From NCBI GenBank assembly GCA_016207685.1, contig JACQPE010000068.1, positions 1-48,084 on the forward strand: a stretch of 48,084 nucleotides of DNA, given 5' to 3'. A program made the position numbers and the translations under genes. Position 1 is the stretch's first letter, and every line of letters begins with the position of its first letter. The stretch comes from Elusimicrobiota bacterium. GTDB taxonomy: Bacteria > Elusimicrobiota > Elusimicrobia > JACQPE01. The notes below the pieces were generated by a model. That model saw nothing but the letters and a program-made list of their open reading frames with translations, ran no database searches and was not told the DNA's origin. Positions 17,244-26,602 of this stretch are shown in pieces.

Positions 17244-20200
17244 GTGTCTTTTTTACGCTTGGGGCCAAGTTGGAGGGCGTTGGCGGATATTTTGGCTAGC
17301 GACATTCGACATGTTCGCAAGGAAGATTTTTTTAGGCCAATTATTCTTGTTGTTCCTTCGCAAGCTGCGCGTTTTTGGCTTGAGCGTTTGTTGGCGCGTC
17401 TTTTGAACAATGATGTCGCCGGCATTCGTATCGTTACCCTTCATCAATACGCATTGGATATTCTTGGAGGCATTCCCGGGGACAGGCCCCCATTAATAGA
17501 AGATAAACGCTATTTGGCTTTGACTTGGGAGCTTTTGCAGGAAAATTCCGGCGGGATTTTATATCCCGAACGCGATCCTTACCCCACGGTGCGGGCGGTT
17601 TATTCCCTGTTGCGTCAATTGCGCGATGCCGGAATTAGCAAGGAGGAGGCCGATTGGCTTTCTCAAGAGGAGCCTTATGAAGGGCTTTCCCCCAGGCAAA
17701 AGCGCCATGCCCAGAATATATTCAAATTGTACGAGCGTTACCTCAAAGCCGTCACGGAGCGCTCGTGGATGGACTCCCCTGAAATGGTGCTGCAAGTCAG
17801 CCGTTTTCTTGAGGAAGAAGTGCAGGAAAAAGAAAAGTCTTTTTTGGCGGTCTGGGGGTTTAGTGAATTGGTAGGTTCGCAAAAAATGCTCCTGGGCGCC
17901 ATGCTGCGCAGCCGGGAATCCATGGAGTTTTATCTGGTGAAGGATTCATTCACCAAGGCGCTTATTGAGGAGGCGCAAGGTTGGGGTTTCCAGGTTTTGC
18001 CTGACGAGATTAATGGCCGTAACGATCGAATTTCTCAAGAAGAAAGCGCCCCGGCTGCCCTAGTCATGAGCGCTCCATCGCCCAAAGAAGAGGCCTGGGC
18101 CATTGCCAAGAGACTTCGCGCTTGGGCTCGAGGAGGAATTCCTTGGGATCAAATGGCTGTTGTTTATCAAGGAGGTTTGAAGGGTTATGCCCAGTTAGAA
18201 ATGGCTTTTCATCATGAGCGCATTCCCTTTGTGGGCATGACCGATCCTATGAAAGCGCTCTCGGCTAATCCATGGGGAGCTGCGCTTTCGGCGGCGTTGG
18301 CTTTTTGGGAGGAGCCTTCTCTGGAGCGCGCCCTGGAGCTTATCCAACGGCCGATGACATTTGGGAATCATGACCTTAAATTTTGGATCGCATCGGTGAT
18401 GGCGCGACTTTTATCTGTTGATTCGTCGCAGCGTTCAAGATGGCGCCGCAGCGATCTTCTTGATGGAATTATGGGCAAGTTAAGCGCTTTAGAGCAAGAT
18501 TGCCCTCCAGCGTTAAGAGAGCGGTTGCCCCAAGCGCTCAGCGGGTGGCTTGATCATTTGGAAGCCATCCCCCACGGCGGGCATGCCTCATCCGGGGTTA
18601 TTCTAAAAGAGTGGCTTTTTGGTTGTTTGACGGATCGCAGGGAAAGTTCCGATCGCACGGCTTTGGAGCGCTGGGGGCAGCTTTTGGATAGCCTGCCGCC
18701 TCAAGCGTTAAGGAATCGTTCGTTCGCGCGCCGTATGCTTTTGGAGTCTTTGGCCTCTTTGGAGTTAGAGGGAGCGAGGATTCCAACGCGCACTTCCGGG
18801 GTGTGGCTATTGACGCCCAATGAGGCGCGAGCGAGCGTGTGGGAGGGATTAATCATCGCCGGCGTCAATGATGGGCAGTACCCGAAGGCGCCTCAAGAGG
18901 ACCCATTTTTAAGCGATGCGGTGCGGCGGCGTTTGAACGAGCTGGGATTTTTTTTGGGCGAGCGCCGTCCGAAACGCCCGTCATTGGTGCGATTTAAAGA
19001 AAGCCTTCAGGGACCTCTTGAAGATGAGCATCTATTGCGTTTAATGATGACAAGCAGCCGGCGTCATTTGGTCCTTTCTTATGTCCAAGTGGGCGTTGAG
19101 GGTAAACCGCTCCTGCCCTCGCCGTATTTGGGTGCGGTTGCGGGAAACGCGGCGCCACTGGCACTGAAAAGCGGCGACTGGATTGACCGTTGGAAGTTTC
19201 TGAGCAAGATGGCCGGCGTTGAAGGGGCATTGCCCCTTTTGGATCAAGGGGACACAGCGGCCTTAAGGGCCTGTTTTGAAGCGCCACAGGCCGCCTTGCC
19301 TCAAGTGGAATCAGTTTTTATTTCTAAAAAAGATTGGAATGCTTGGACCGGCGCTTTAAAGGGAATTTCACCCACCTTGCTGGCGGATTATTTATCTTGC
19401 CCACAAGCGTTTTTTTGGAAGAGATTCAAGAAGACGTCTCCTTGGCCCGATCGCACCCGTAAGGAATTTTTTCCAGATTCATTATTGGGGATAACATTCG
19501 GAAAAGCGGTGGTCGAAGCGTTTAAAAAGGGATTTGAGCGTCCTTTAGAGCAGTATTGGAAGGAGTTTTTAGCCCAGGAATTTATCGAGGTGAACGTCCG
19601 GGATTTGTCGCCTGCGGAGCGTTATAAGATGAAGCGCATTGATATCGTGTTGGATGAGGTTGAATCCCAATTAAAAAATTTGCTCCCAACGCAACTTCGT
19701 GAACGCATCGTTGAAGAGAAGGTTCTGGACATGAACGTGACAAGCCCCAGGGGAGAGAGCGTTTCCCTGCGCAGCCGCGGCGACATGGCAGCCGGAGATG
19801 AGTGGCTGTTCGAATTTAAGCTCAAGAAAAAACCGGCTATTGAAGCCGTGGGGAAAACTAGGGGTTCGGCATGGGCGCTTCAAAAGTTGTTATCGGCCAA
19901 AGGCTCCGAGGGGCCTCGCTATGGGCTTCAAATCCTTTTTTACCTGCTTTGGCTCAACAAAACCTCGGCTCAAGGAAAGGTGACATTGCTTAATCCTTAT
20001 TGGGAAGTTTGGCGCAAGACGCCGCCGCCTCAACTGCGGTCGTGGGGCCCGGATGAGATTGGGTCCGCCATTGAGAAAAAGTTTGGTCAATGGTTGGACT
20101 TGTGGCAAAACGGCATTGGGCCGAACGATACCATGAGTTTCCCTTTTTATCCACAGGAGGGACGGGGCGAGCGTTGCGCTTGGTGCGGGTTTAGACGTTT

Positions 20201-20300
20201 GTGCCTTAAAGATATTCCCCATGTGCGCTCGTTGAGAAGTGGCGAAGTCCGCCAATTTGATCAAGTCATGAGTTTTGACGATGCCGGCAATAACGACTGA
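17244..20300 (+). CDS. addB: AddB-type helicase-nuclease subunit (inactive helicase, RecB-family nuclease with Fe-S staple)
   Basis: No Walker A motif anywhere in the protein. The C-terminal nuclease block is GD...EWLFEFKLKK (D...ExK) and QILFYLLWL (QxxxY). One upstream Cys (YLSCPQAF) plus the terminal CAWCGFRRLC match the AddB 4-Cys iron-sulfur staple. Directly precedes and overlaps addA. The start is GTG and is uncertain. Confidence 0.8.
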   Translation: MSFLRLGPSWRALADILASDIRHVRKEDFFRPIILVVPSQAARFWLERLLARLLNNDVAGIRIVTLHQYALDILGGIPGDRPPLIEDKRYLALTWELLQENSGGILYPERDPYPTVRAVYSLLRQLRDAGISKEEADWLSQEEPYEGLSPRQKRHAQNIFKLYERYLKAVTERSWMDSPEMVLQVSRFLEEEVQEKEKSFLAVWGFSELVGSQKMLLGAMLRSRESMEFYLVKDSFTKALIEEAQGWGFQVLPDEINGRNDRISQEESAPAALVMSAPSPKEEAWAIAKRLRAWARGGIPWDQMAVVYQGGLKGYAQLEMAFHHERIPFVGMTDPMKALSANPWGAALSAALAFWEEPSLERALELIQRPMTFGNHDLKFWIASVMARLLSVDSSQRSRWRRSDLLDGIMGKLSALEQDCPPALRERLPQALSGWLDHLEAIPHGGHASSGVILKEWLFGCLTDRRESSDRTALERWGQLLDSLPPQALRNRSFARRMLLESLASLELEGARIPTRTSGVWLLTPNEARASVWEGLIIAGVNDGQYPKAPQEDPFLSDAVRRRLNELGFFLGERRPKRPSLVRFKESLQGPLEDEHLLRLMMTSSRRHLVLSYVQVGVEGKPLLPSPYLGAVAGNAAPLALKSGDWIDRWKFLSKMAGVEGALPLLDQGDTAALRACFEAPQAALPQVESVFISKKDWNAWTGALKGISPTLLADYLSCPQAFFWKRFKKTSPWPDRTRKEFFPDSLLGITFGKAVVEAFKKGFERPLEQYWKEFLAQEFIEVNVRDLSPAERYKMKRIDIVLDEVESQLKNLLPTQLRERIVEEKVLDMNVTSPRGESVSLRSRGDMAAGDEWLFEFKLKKKPAIEAVGKTRGSAWALQKLLSAKGSEGPRYGLQILFYLLWLNKTSAQGKVTLLNPYWEVWRKTPPPQLRSWGPDEIGSAIEKKFGQWLDLWQNGIGPNDTMSFPFYPQEGRGERCAWCGFRRLCLKDIPHVRSLRSGEVRQFDQVMSFDDAGNND

Positions 20301-23154
20301 CCGGCTGGGAGACATTCTGGCGGATTTTGACCGGCCTATTTTGGTGCGCGCGTGCGCAGGTTCGGGGAAAACGCGGCTGTTGGCAGCCAAGTGCCTGGCC
20401 GCACTTTTGCGTTTTGATCGCGCCGCAGGGGTTGTGGCCATCACGTTTACCGAAAAAGCGGGGCAGGAACTCAAGGATCGCGTGCGGTTTTTTTTGCAGA
20501 CAATTTTAGAGGCGGCCGGTGAGAAGGAACTGGAATTAAAGGAGCAGTTGCCGTGGGCTGAAATTAGTCAAGCCCTGCGCTTGGCCCGGCCCTATGAGAA
20601 ACGCGCGAATCGTTGGTCTTTAATTCAAGAGAAAGCGCTTGACGCCCGCCGCGCGCTTCTTGAACAAAGGCTTTTTGTGGGGACCATCCATGGGTTTGCC
20701 AAAAAACTATTGGACCGTTATCCGTTGGAAGCCTTGGGCGGGTTTTTAGAGCATTTTGATCCCAGCGGGCGGTTGTTGGAAGAAATTTTGGAGCGGTGTT
20801 CATCACCGACCCTCGCTCAAACGGCGTTGGATTTGGGCGGCGTTTCTTTTAAGCAAATGGGCGATTGGCATCGAGAGATGCTTCGTCTAACCAAACGCGG
20901 TATGCCGCTGAAGGGCGCGCATTTGACGTTAATTAATGCGCGTTCACCGGATAAGGCGATGGAATTGGTGTGGGATAAATTAACGCAGCTACTGGAGCGG
21001 GCGCTTCAGGAGAGCCGGTCCTTGGGCCATCTTGATTATGACCTGATTTTGATGTGGTTATCGCGATTTCTGGAAACATGCGACGACGCGACTTTGCGAG
21101 AGATTCGTTCCGGCATCAGTTATTTATTGCTCGATGAGCTCCAAGACACGGATCCGTTGCAGATGGGAATTATTGAAATTTTATGCGGATTGCGACGGGG
21201 GTCTGCGCGCGGCGGCGGGCTATTTATGGTGGGGGATCATTGCCAGTCCATTTATTCTTTTCGCGGGGCGTCGCCGGAGTTGATTTTCGATGAAAAGCGT
21301 TTGGCGTCCTTTGAAAAATGGAGCCTCTCCGGCAACAAGAGAAGCGGCGCCGGCCTTGTTGGGTTTGTCAACGCGGCGTTCCAAGACCATTTGGAGGGCT
21401 ATAAGTTCATGAAGAGCGTTCCCTTGAGAGAAAAACGCGCGGATCAAATTTTATGGCACCGCGCCGCCGCGCCGGCCGCCGATGAAGGAGAGCCGCTTAA
21501 AGATTCGTACCGGCGGGATGAGGCGCGTCATGTGGCCGGTGCGATTCGCGCGTTGGAACGCGAGAAAAATTTTCAATGGCGGGATATGGCGATTTTGATG
21601 CGCAAAATGTCGCATGGATGGATTTATCTTGAAGAATTGAGCAAAAGCGGCATCCCTGTTGTTTTTAACTCCTCCGAAAGAGAGCTTTTGAGCATGAGTC
21701 TTGCGGTTCGGGTCTTGGCGTGGCTTGGAGTTGATCTTTTGGGGACGCATCCTTTGCAGTGCGAGCAATTTTTTAAACAATTCGGAAACCGGCGCGATGT
21801 AACCGGTGATTTTTGGGATTGTATTCTTCATGAGCGCGTTTCTTGGATGGCCCAACAAAGACAAGAGTCTTTGATTCGAAAAAGTAATGGCAGGATTATG
21901 GATGACATCATCGCTCAATTTGGCTTGCGCCGCGCAGCGGCCCGATGGGGCCTCGCCGAGCCGCAGGCCCTCTCAAGCGCGGAGGCTCTTGCGTGGAGCG
22001 CCCCTGGTGATTGGGCACATTACATTGAAAAATTATGGATGAAAATGGATCTTTCGGCTCAAGAGGATGATGAGGAACCGGCCGAGGCGCCCTGGGACGG
22101 TGATGGAGTGCGGTTGATGACGATTCACAAGGCCAAGGGTCTTCAATTCCCTGTGGTGATTTTGCCGGGATTGCTTGATTGGGGAACCAGGCCGGATCAT
22201 CAGCATTTACTTTGGGACCCGGTAACAGGGCGGGCCGGGGTTTTGTTCGACGGCGTTGATCGGGCGCGCGCCGGGGATGATTCGTTGATTTTGCTTAAGA
22301 AAAAAAATAAGGAGCAGCGCGACATTGAAGAGTTGCGTATTCTGTATGTGGCGTTGACCCGAGCCGAGGAAGCGATATTGGTCATGGAGCCCCCCGCGTC
22401 CTTGCGGCGTTCCGCCACATCGAAGATAATTTTGGACGCTTTGGAGAGGGCCCGGGGGCATGCCGAAGATTACGCATGCCCTTCTTGCCGGGGGGAAGAG
22501 GCTAAGGCCGACATGCCGGCGTTGTCTTCGGATGATCAGGCGCTTTTGGATTGTTTGAAGCGAATGCCCATTGAAAAGGACGAGGATCAAACCTTGCCTC
22601 TTCCCGCATTGCGCTACGCTTCGGAGAAAGAGACCGCAACCGAGAGTCTGCCGGATCAGGTCTCAACGGATTTCACAGAGGCGCGTTTAACGGGAGAATT
22701 GGCCCATGCCGTTCTTGAAAAGATTCCCTGGTCCGTTCAAGAATCCAGGAGCGGTTGGCGCTTGGTGCATGAACAAGCTCTTAAGGCCTTGGCCGGACGC
22801 CAAGGAGGCGTTTCGTCGCAAGTTGCAAGCCGCGCCCGGCAAGTCATCGGCAATTTTTTGGGGAGCGATCTCTGGGCCCGTCTCACATCAAAAAAATTAA
22901 TTGCCAGGGAATTGCCGGTGGCTTATTTAAAAAATGGCGCGTTGATTGCGGGCCGGGTGGATGTGATTTATGAGGATGAGCCCGGGGTGATGATCGTGGC
23001 TGATTACAAAACATCAGCCGCGTCGGCCCAATCCCATTCGCGCCAGGGCGAGGCTTATCTCGAGGCGCTCTCCGGTTTTGCCGGCCGCGCAGGGGTTAAA
23101 CGCGTTATTTTTGAGGTTATTTCTCTAGCGGACGCCCGCAGCTGGCGGCTTTAG
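20275..23154 (+). CDS. addA: AddA/UvrD-type SF1A helicase-nuclease
   Basis: Walker A CAGSGKT. Further motifs ITFTEKAGQELKDR, LLLDELQDTDPLQ, VGDHCQSIYSFRGA, TIHKAKGLQFPVVIL and LYVALTRAEE. C-terminal RecB nuclease GRVDVIYEDE...IVADYKT. Overlaps addB by 26 nt. Confidence 0.87.
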   Translation: MTMPAITTDRLGDILADFDRPILVRACAGSGKTRLLAAKCLAALLRFDRAAGVVAITFTEKAGQELKDRVRFFLQTILEAAGEKELELKEQLPWAEISQALRLARPYEKRANRWSLIQEKALDARRALLEQRLFVGTIHGFAKKLLDRYPLEALGGFLEHFDPSGRLLEEILERCSSPTLAQTALDLGGVSFKQMGDWHREMLRLTKRGMPLKGAHLTLINARSPDKAMELVWDKLTQLLERALQESRSLGHLDYDLILMWLSRFLETCDDATLREIRSGISYLLLDELQDTDPLQMGIIEILCGLRRGSARGGGLFMVGDHCQSIYSFRGASPELIFDEKRLASFEKWSLSGNKRSGAGLVGFVNAAFQDHLEGYKFMKSVPLREKRADQILWHRAAAPAADEGEPLKDSYRRDEARHVAGAIRALEREKNFQWRDMAILMRKMSHGWIYLEELSKSGIPVVFNSSERELLSMSLAVRVLAWLGVDLLGTHPLQCEQFFKQFGNRRDVTGDFWDCILHERVSWMAQQRQESLIRKSNGRIMDDIIAQFGLRRAAARWGLAEPQALSSAEALAWSAPGDWAHYIEKLWMKMDLSAQEDDEEPAEAPWDGDGVRLMTIHKAKGLQFPVVILPGLLDWGTRPDHQHLLWDPVTGRAGVLFDGVDRARAGDDSLILLKKKNKEQRDIEELRILYVALTRAEEAILVMEPPASLRRSATSKIILDALERARGHAEDYACPSCRGEEAKADMPALSSDDQALLDCLKRMPIEKDEDQTLPLPALRYASEKETATESLPDQVSTDFTEARLTGELAHAVLEKIPWSVQESRSGWRLVHEQALKALAGRQGGVSSQVASRARQVIGNFLGSDLWARLTSKKLIARELPVAYLKNGALIAGRVDVIYEDEPGVMIVADYKTSAASAQSHSRQGEAYLEALSGFAGRAGVKRVIFEVISLADARSWRL

Positions 23155-23168
23155 ATTGATGATGAGTT

Positions 23169-23182
23169 GTGAGCGGTGAGCG
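23169..23182. repeat. GTGAGCG x2 tandem heptamer in convergent spacer
   Basis: GTGAGCG GTGAGCG is followed by GCCGGCGG and a T-rich run. It lies 15 nt after the addA stop. Confidence 0.4.
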
Positions 23183-23220
23183 GCCGGCGGTAAATTTTAT
23201 TTTTTGCGTCGGCCCGCCCA

Positions 23221-24138
23221 TCATTCATGGCCCGGAACCTTTATTTCTTGGCGCTGTCGGACGAAAAGTTTGATTCCCTCCTGCCAGGGCGGCAGGTGAT
23301 TCTTAAAATCCCAAAGCCAGCATTTAAGGGAGAGTTCGCAGCGCGGCGGTCTGCCGGCTGCAAGACCGACATCCCGGCGCGTTGAAGGAACGGCGAGCGT
23401 TCGTGGTCGCCCCATGGCGCCTAAAATTTGATGCGCGATCGTAAGGTAGTTGGGGGCTTCAGGGGAAGCAACATGGTAAATGCCGTATGTTTTTCGTTCA
23501 AGAATGGCGATCAAGGAGCGGCTTAAGTGTTCGGCGTGCGTGGCGTGCGCGGCCCAATCCGTGGCGCAGGCCATCTCCTTTCCTGAAGAGAAGTTTTCCC
23601 AAGCATGGTGCATAAAGCTTTTTGAATCATTGGGGCCGCCGAAAATTTTTCCCGTGCGGATGATGTAGTAGCGGCGCAAGTGGTCTTTGATATAGCGTTC
23701 GGCCGCGATTTTGGTTTTTCCGTAGACATTGCCGGACTCAAGAGCGTCGTATTCATCGTGCGCGCGATTAGAATCGGCGCCGTAAAAAACTTGATCGGTG
23801 GAAAGATGCAGAAGTTCCGTGTCAAACCGATCGCAGGCCAGGGCGATATTGCGTGTCGCCAGGTAATTCATGACCCAGGAGTCATTGGGGTTTTTTTCGC
23901 AGAGATCAGGCCGGCTTAACGCGGCGCAATGAATGACAGCGTCGGGATTTAATTGGGCGACGACACGGCGCACGGCGTCGGTTTCCGTCAGATCAAGAGA
24001 CTGCCATAGAGAGACCGGCCTAAAGCGGGGCGGTTTCCTTGAGATGCCGGTTAATTCCCATTGGGGGCGTTCTTGAAGAATGGTTTGGGCCAATGCCGAT
24101 CCTAGAAGTCCGGAAATTCCGGTAATCACAAGCCGCAT
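23221..24138 (-). CDS. NAD(P)-dependent sugar reductase, RmlD (dTDP-4-dehydrorhamnose reductase)-like SDR
   Basis: Rossmann motif MRLVITGISGLLGSAL. Catalytic YGKTK (YxxxK). The ~300-aa length and layout fit the RmlD substrate-binding family. The exact substrate is not determinable. Confidence 0.7.
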   Translation of the reverse strand: MRLVITGISGLLGSALAQTILQERPQWELTGISRKPPRFRPVSLWQSLDLTETDAVRRVVAQLNPDAVIHCAALSRPDLCEKNPNDSWVMNYLATRNIALACDRFDTELLHLSTDQVFYGADSNRAHDEYDALESGNVYGKTKIAAERYIKDHLRRYYIIRTGKIFGGPNDSKSFMHHAWENFSSGKEMACATDWAAHATHAEHLSRSLIAILERKTYGIYHVASPEAPNYLTIAHQILGAMGRPRTLAVPSTRRDVGLAAGRPPRCELSLKCWLWDFKNHLPPWQEGIKLFVRQRQEIKVPGHE

Positions 24139-24174
24139 GAATCAAGTTTAGCCAAAATTGCGAAAATAAGAACC

Positions 24175-24804
24175 GTGAGCGTTTTGGGTATTGATGAGGC
24201 GGGGCGCGGGCCGGTGATCGGCCCGATGGTCATGGCCGGTGTCTTTGTGCAGAATCATCAGGAGAGCCGATGGTTGGAATTGTTGGGCGTCAATGACTCA
24301 AAAAAGATCGTCCCTAAAAAACGCGAAGAATTGGCCGTGTCCCTGCAAAAGCTCCGGCATGCTTTTGTGGTTATTGAACCCGGCGCCATTGATAGTTGTA
24401 ATATCAATGAACTTGAGATTAAGGGCGTTTCGGAGTTGGCATCCCAATTTTTGCCTCAAACATTGATCTGGGACGCTCCTGTGGCGCCTCCGGGTTTGGG
24501 GCGGTTGGCTCTTCGCGTGAGGCGGCTTTTGCCGGAGCCGATCCCGCATTTGATCCTTGAGAATAAGGCGGATGCCAAATATCCCAGTTGCATGGCCGCT
24601 TCTATTTTGGCCAAGGTGGAGCGCGACCGGCGGATCGCCTTACTGCGGGAGCGATTCGGCGATTTCGGGAGCGGCTACCCATCGGACCCAAAAACAGCGG
24701 AATTTTTGCGGCGTTTCTATGAAATTTTCCTCCGGACCGGTTTTGGCGAGCATGTCCGAAAAAAATGGGGCACGATGAAACGACTGCAGATGGCCGGATC
24801 ATGA
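24175..24804 (+). CDS. rnhB: Ribonuclease HII
   Basis: GIDEAGRGPVIGPMVMAG active-site block and DSKK. 209 aa, the short archaeal-like form. GTG start. Confidence 0.9.
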   Translation: MSVLGIDEAGRGPVIGPMVMAGVFVQNHQESRWLELLGVNDSKKIVPKKREELAVSLQKLRHAFVVIEPGAIDSCNINELEIKGVSELASQFLPQTLIWDAPVAPPGLGRLALRVRRLLPEPIPHLILENKADAKYPSCMAASILAKVERDRRIALLRERFGDFGSGYPSDPKTAEFLRRFYEIFLRTGFGEHVRKKWGTMKRLQMAGS

Positions 24805-25322
24805 TTAGAAGTTTTAATAAGAAAAAGCCCGTTATTCATCCGAGCGCCTGGGTGCACCCCTCGGCCGAGGTCATCGGAGATGTCACCATCGGCAAAAACG
24901 CTTCGATATGGCCGATGTGCGTGTTGCGGGGGGATACGGACCACATTACGATTGCTGATAACACGAATGTTCAAGACGGCACGATCATTCATTGCGATGA
25001 GGGGGCGCCCACAAGTTTGGGTCGAGGCATCACCGTGGGGCATCGTGTTTTGCTGCATGGTGCGCGCGTGGCCGACCATGTGCTCTTGGGCATGGGCTCG
25101 ATTATTCTTGAAGCGGAGATCGGGCCTTGGTGTTTAATCGGCGCCGGCTCATTAGTTTTGGGCGGCATGAAGATTCCTCCGCGTAGTTTTGTTTTGGGCT
25201 CGCCGGCTAAAATTATCCGCAAGGTTAACTCTAAAGAGATCGCCATGATCCGCCAAGGTGAAAAAAATTATTGGGCGCGCCAGATGGCGCACCGCAAAAC
25301 CGGTTATCCTGTTTCGCTTTGA
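24801..25322 (+). CDS. Gamma-class carbonic anhydrase-like / left-handed beta-helix (hexapeptide) protein
   Basis: PVIHPSAWVHPSAEVIGDVTIGKNASIWPMCVLRGD... shows hexapeptide periodicity with His ligands, typical of YrdA/PaaY-like proteins. ATG 24801 overlaps the rnhB stop as ATGA. The ORF is open from 24765. Confidence 0.85.
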   Translation: MIRSFNKKKPVIHPSAWVHPSAEVIGDVTIGKNASIWPMCVLRGDTDHITIADNTNVQDGTIIHCDEGAPTSLGRGITVGHRVLLHGARVADHVLLGMGSIILEAEIGPWCLIGAGSLVLGGMKIPPRSFVLGSPAKIIRKVNSKEIAMIRQGEKNYWARQMAHRKTGYPVSL

Positions 25323-26092
25323 CCACGCAGAGCCCCGCTCCTCGTTGGGTTTATCGGCGGCTTTTTAAGCATTTTGGGCCGCAGGGGTGGTGGCCTGTGC
25401 GAAAAAGGGGGCAGGGGCTTGGGATTGGGGTGCAGGAAAATGAAAATGCACTGAAACCCGAATACCATCCTGGAAAAGAAATCAAACTGACCTCAACACA
25501 AGCTTTTGAGATCGCGGTGGGGGCGATTTTGACGCAGAATACGGCATGGAGCAATGTGGAAAAGGCGTTGATCGAGATCAATCGCAGGGGGTTGATGTCA
25601 CCCCATAAAATGATCGCTACGCGCAACTCGCGGCTGGCAATGGTTATCCGCTCCAGCGGCTATTTCGCGCAAAAAGCCAAAAAGCTAAAAATTTTGGCGC
25701 GTTTCGCGATTCGGGAAGCACGGGGCCATTTGCTGCGTCTTAAGAAAGAGCCGTTACTTGCCTTGCGTGACCAACTCCTTTCCCTCTGGGGCGTGGGCCC
25801 GGAAACAGCGGATTCGATCCTTCTTTATGCCCTGGGAAAGCCTGTTTTTGTTATTGATGCGTATACCCGGCGCATCGGTGAGCGCTTGGGTTGGCGCCAG
25901 GCCAGTCAACATTATGAGCGCTATAGAAATTTTTTTGAAACAGCGTTGATTTTAAATGCCGGTCTTTTTCAAGAGTATCACGCGCTTTTTGTGGAATTAG
26001 CCAAGCGCCATTGCACAAAACAAAATCCCATCTGCGCCACATGTCCCCTCGAGCAGCGGTGCCCCTACGGTCTTAAGATGAGATCAAGGTAA
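25271..26092 (+). CDS. HhH-GPD base-excision glycosylase, endonuclease III-like with C-terminal 4Fe-4S loop
   Basis: HhH block LLSLWGVGPETADSILLYA and a catalytic Asp region. C-terminal cluster CTKQNPICATCPLEQRCPY. ATG 25271 overlaps the previous gene by 52 nt. TTG 25319 would give a TTGA stop/start overlap. The start is uncertain. Confidence 0.8.
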   Translation: MGAPDGAPQNRLSCFALTTQSPAPRWVYRRLFKHFGPQGWWPVRKRGQGLGIGVQENENALKPEYHPGKEIKLTSTQAFEIAVGAILTQNTAWSNVEKALIEINRRGLMSPHKMIATRNSRLAMVIRSSGYFAQKAKKLKILARFAIREARGHLLRLKKEPLLALRDQLLSLWGVGPETADSILLYALGKPVFVIDAYTRRIGERLGWRQASQHYERYRNFFETALILNAGLFQEYHALFVELAKRHCTKQNPICATCPLEQRCPYGLKMRSR

Positions 26093-26577
26093 GAGCAATC
26101 TACGGGTTCAATGGTATTTCTGGGAATGGCCTCAAGAACGGTATTGAAATTTTTACGGGCCTGTTTGAGTGCAATATCATGAGAAATAGCGGATTCAATT
26201 TCCAGGAATTTCCCCAATCCATGGATTTGATCAAGATGCAGACGGACGTTTTTCCAAAAGTAAACCTCTCTTTTTTTACGCACGATCCCGGCGGTTCCCA
26301 ACGATTGGGCTAGAAATTTTTTTGTTTTCGCAGCGTCGTTTATAGGGATTATTTCATAAGAGCTGACTCTGCCTTTTTTTAAGTCGGCTCTTTGATAATA
26401 GATCAATTGGGCTTGCGAGCCTTGCCGACGGAGCTTCAGCCGTCCGTAGCGCACATTAAAATAGGTGTCTTCTTGGCTTATTTTAAGCGGGATTTTTCCC
26501 CGGAGCGTCAATTTTTTGAGCCACTTTTTGCTTTCAAAGTTTCGCCGGAGGCGGCACTTGATTTCAATGTTTTTCAT
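26065..26577 (-). CDS. CYTH-domain protein (class IV adenylate cyclase / triphosphate tunnel metalloenzyme)
   Basis: The N-terminal MKNIEIKCRL matches the CYTH ExExK signature. 170 aa, the size of CyaB-like proteins. The 3' end overlaps the convergent glycosylase gene by 28 nt. Confidence 0.72.
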   Translation of the reverse strand: MKNIEIKCRLRRNFESKKWLKKLTLRGKIPLKISQEDTYFNVRYGRLKLRRQGSQAQLIYYQRADLKKGRVSSYEIIPINDAAKTKKFLAQSLGTAGIVRKKREVYFWKNVRLHLDQIHGLGKFLEIESAISHDIALKQARKNFNTVLEAIPRNTIEPVDCSYLDLILRP

Positions 26578-26602
26578 TAAGGATTATGGGTATGATACTT
26601 TA

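Noticed and set aside
26465-26602. Upstream in-frame extension of the helicase ORF (46 extra codons, MSSWLILSGIF...).
   Set aside because: It runs antisense through the first 113 nt of the CYTH gene. Its translation is hydrophobic/Arg-rich junk with no helicase similarity. ATG 26603 begins a typical charged coiled N-terminus.
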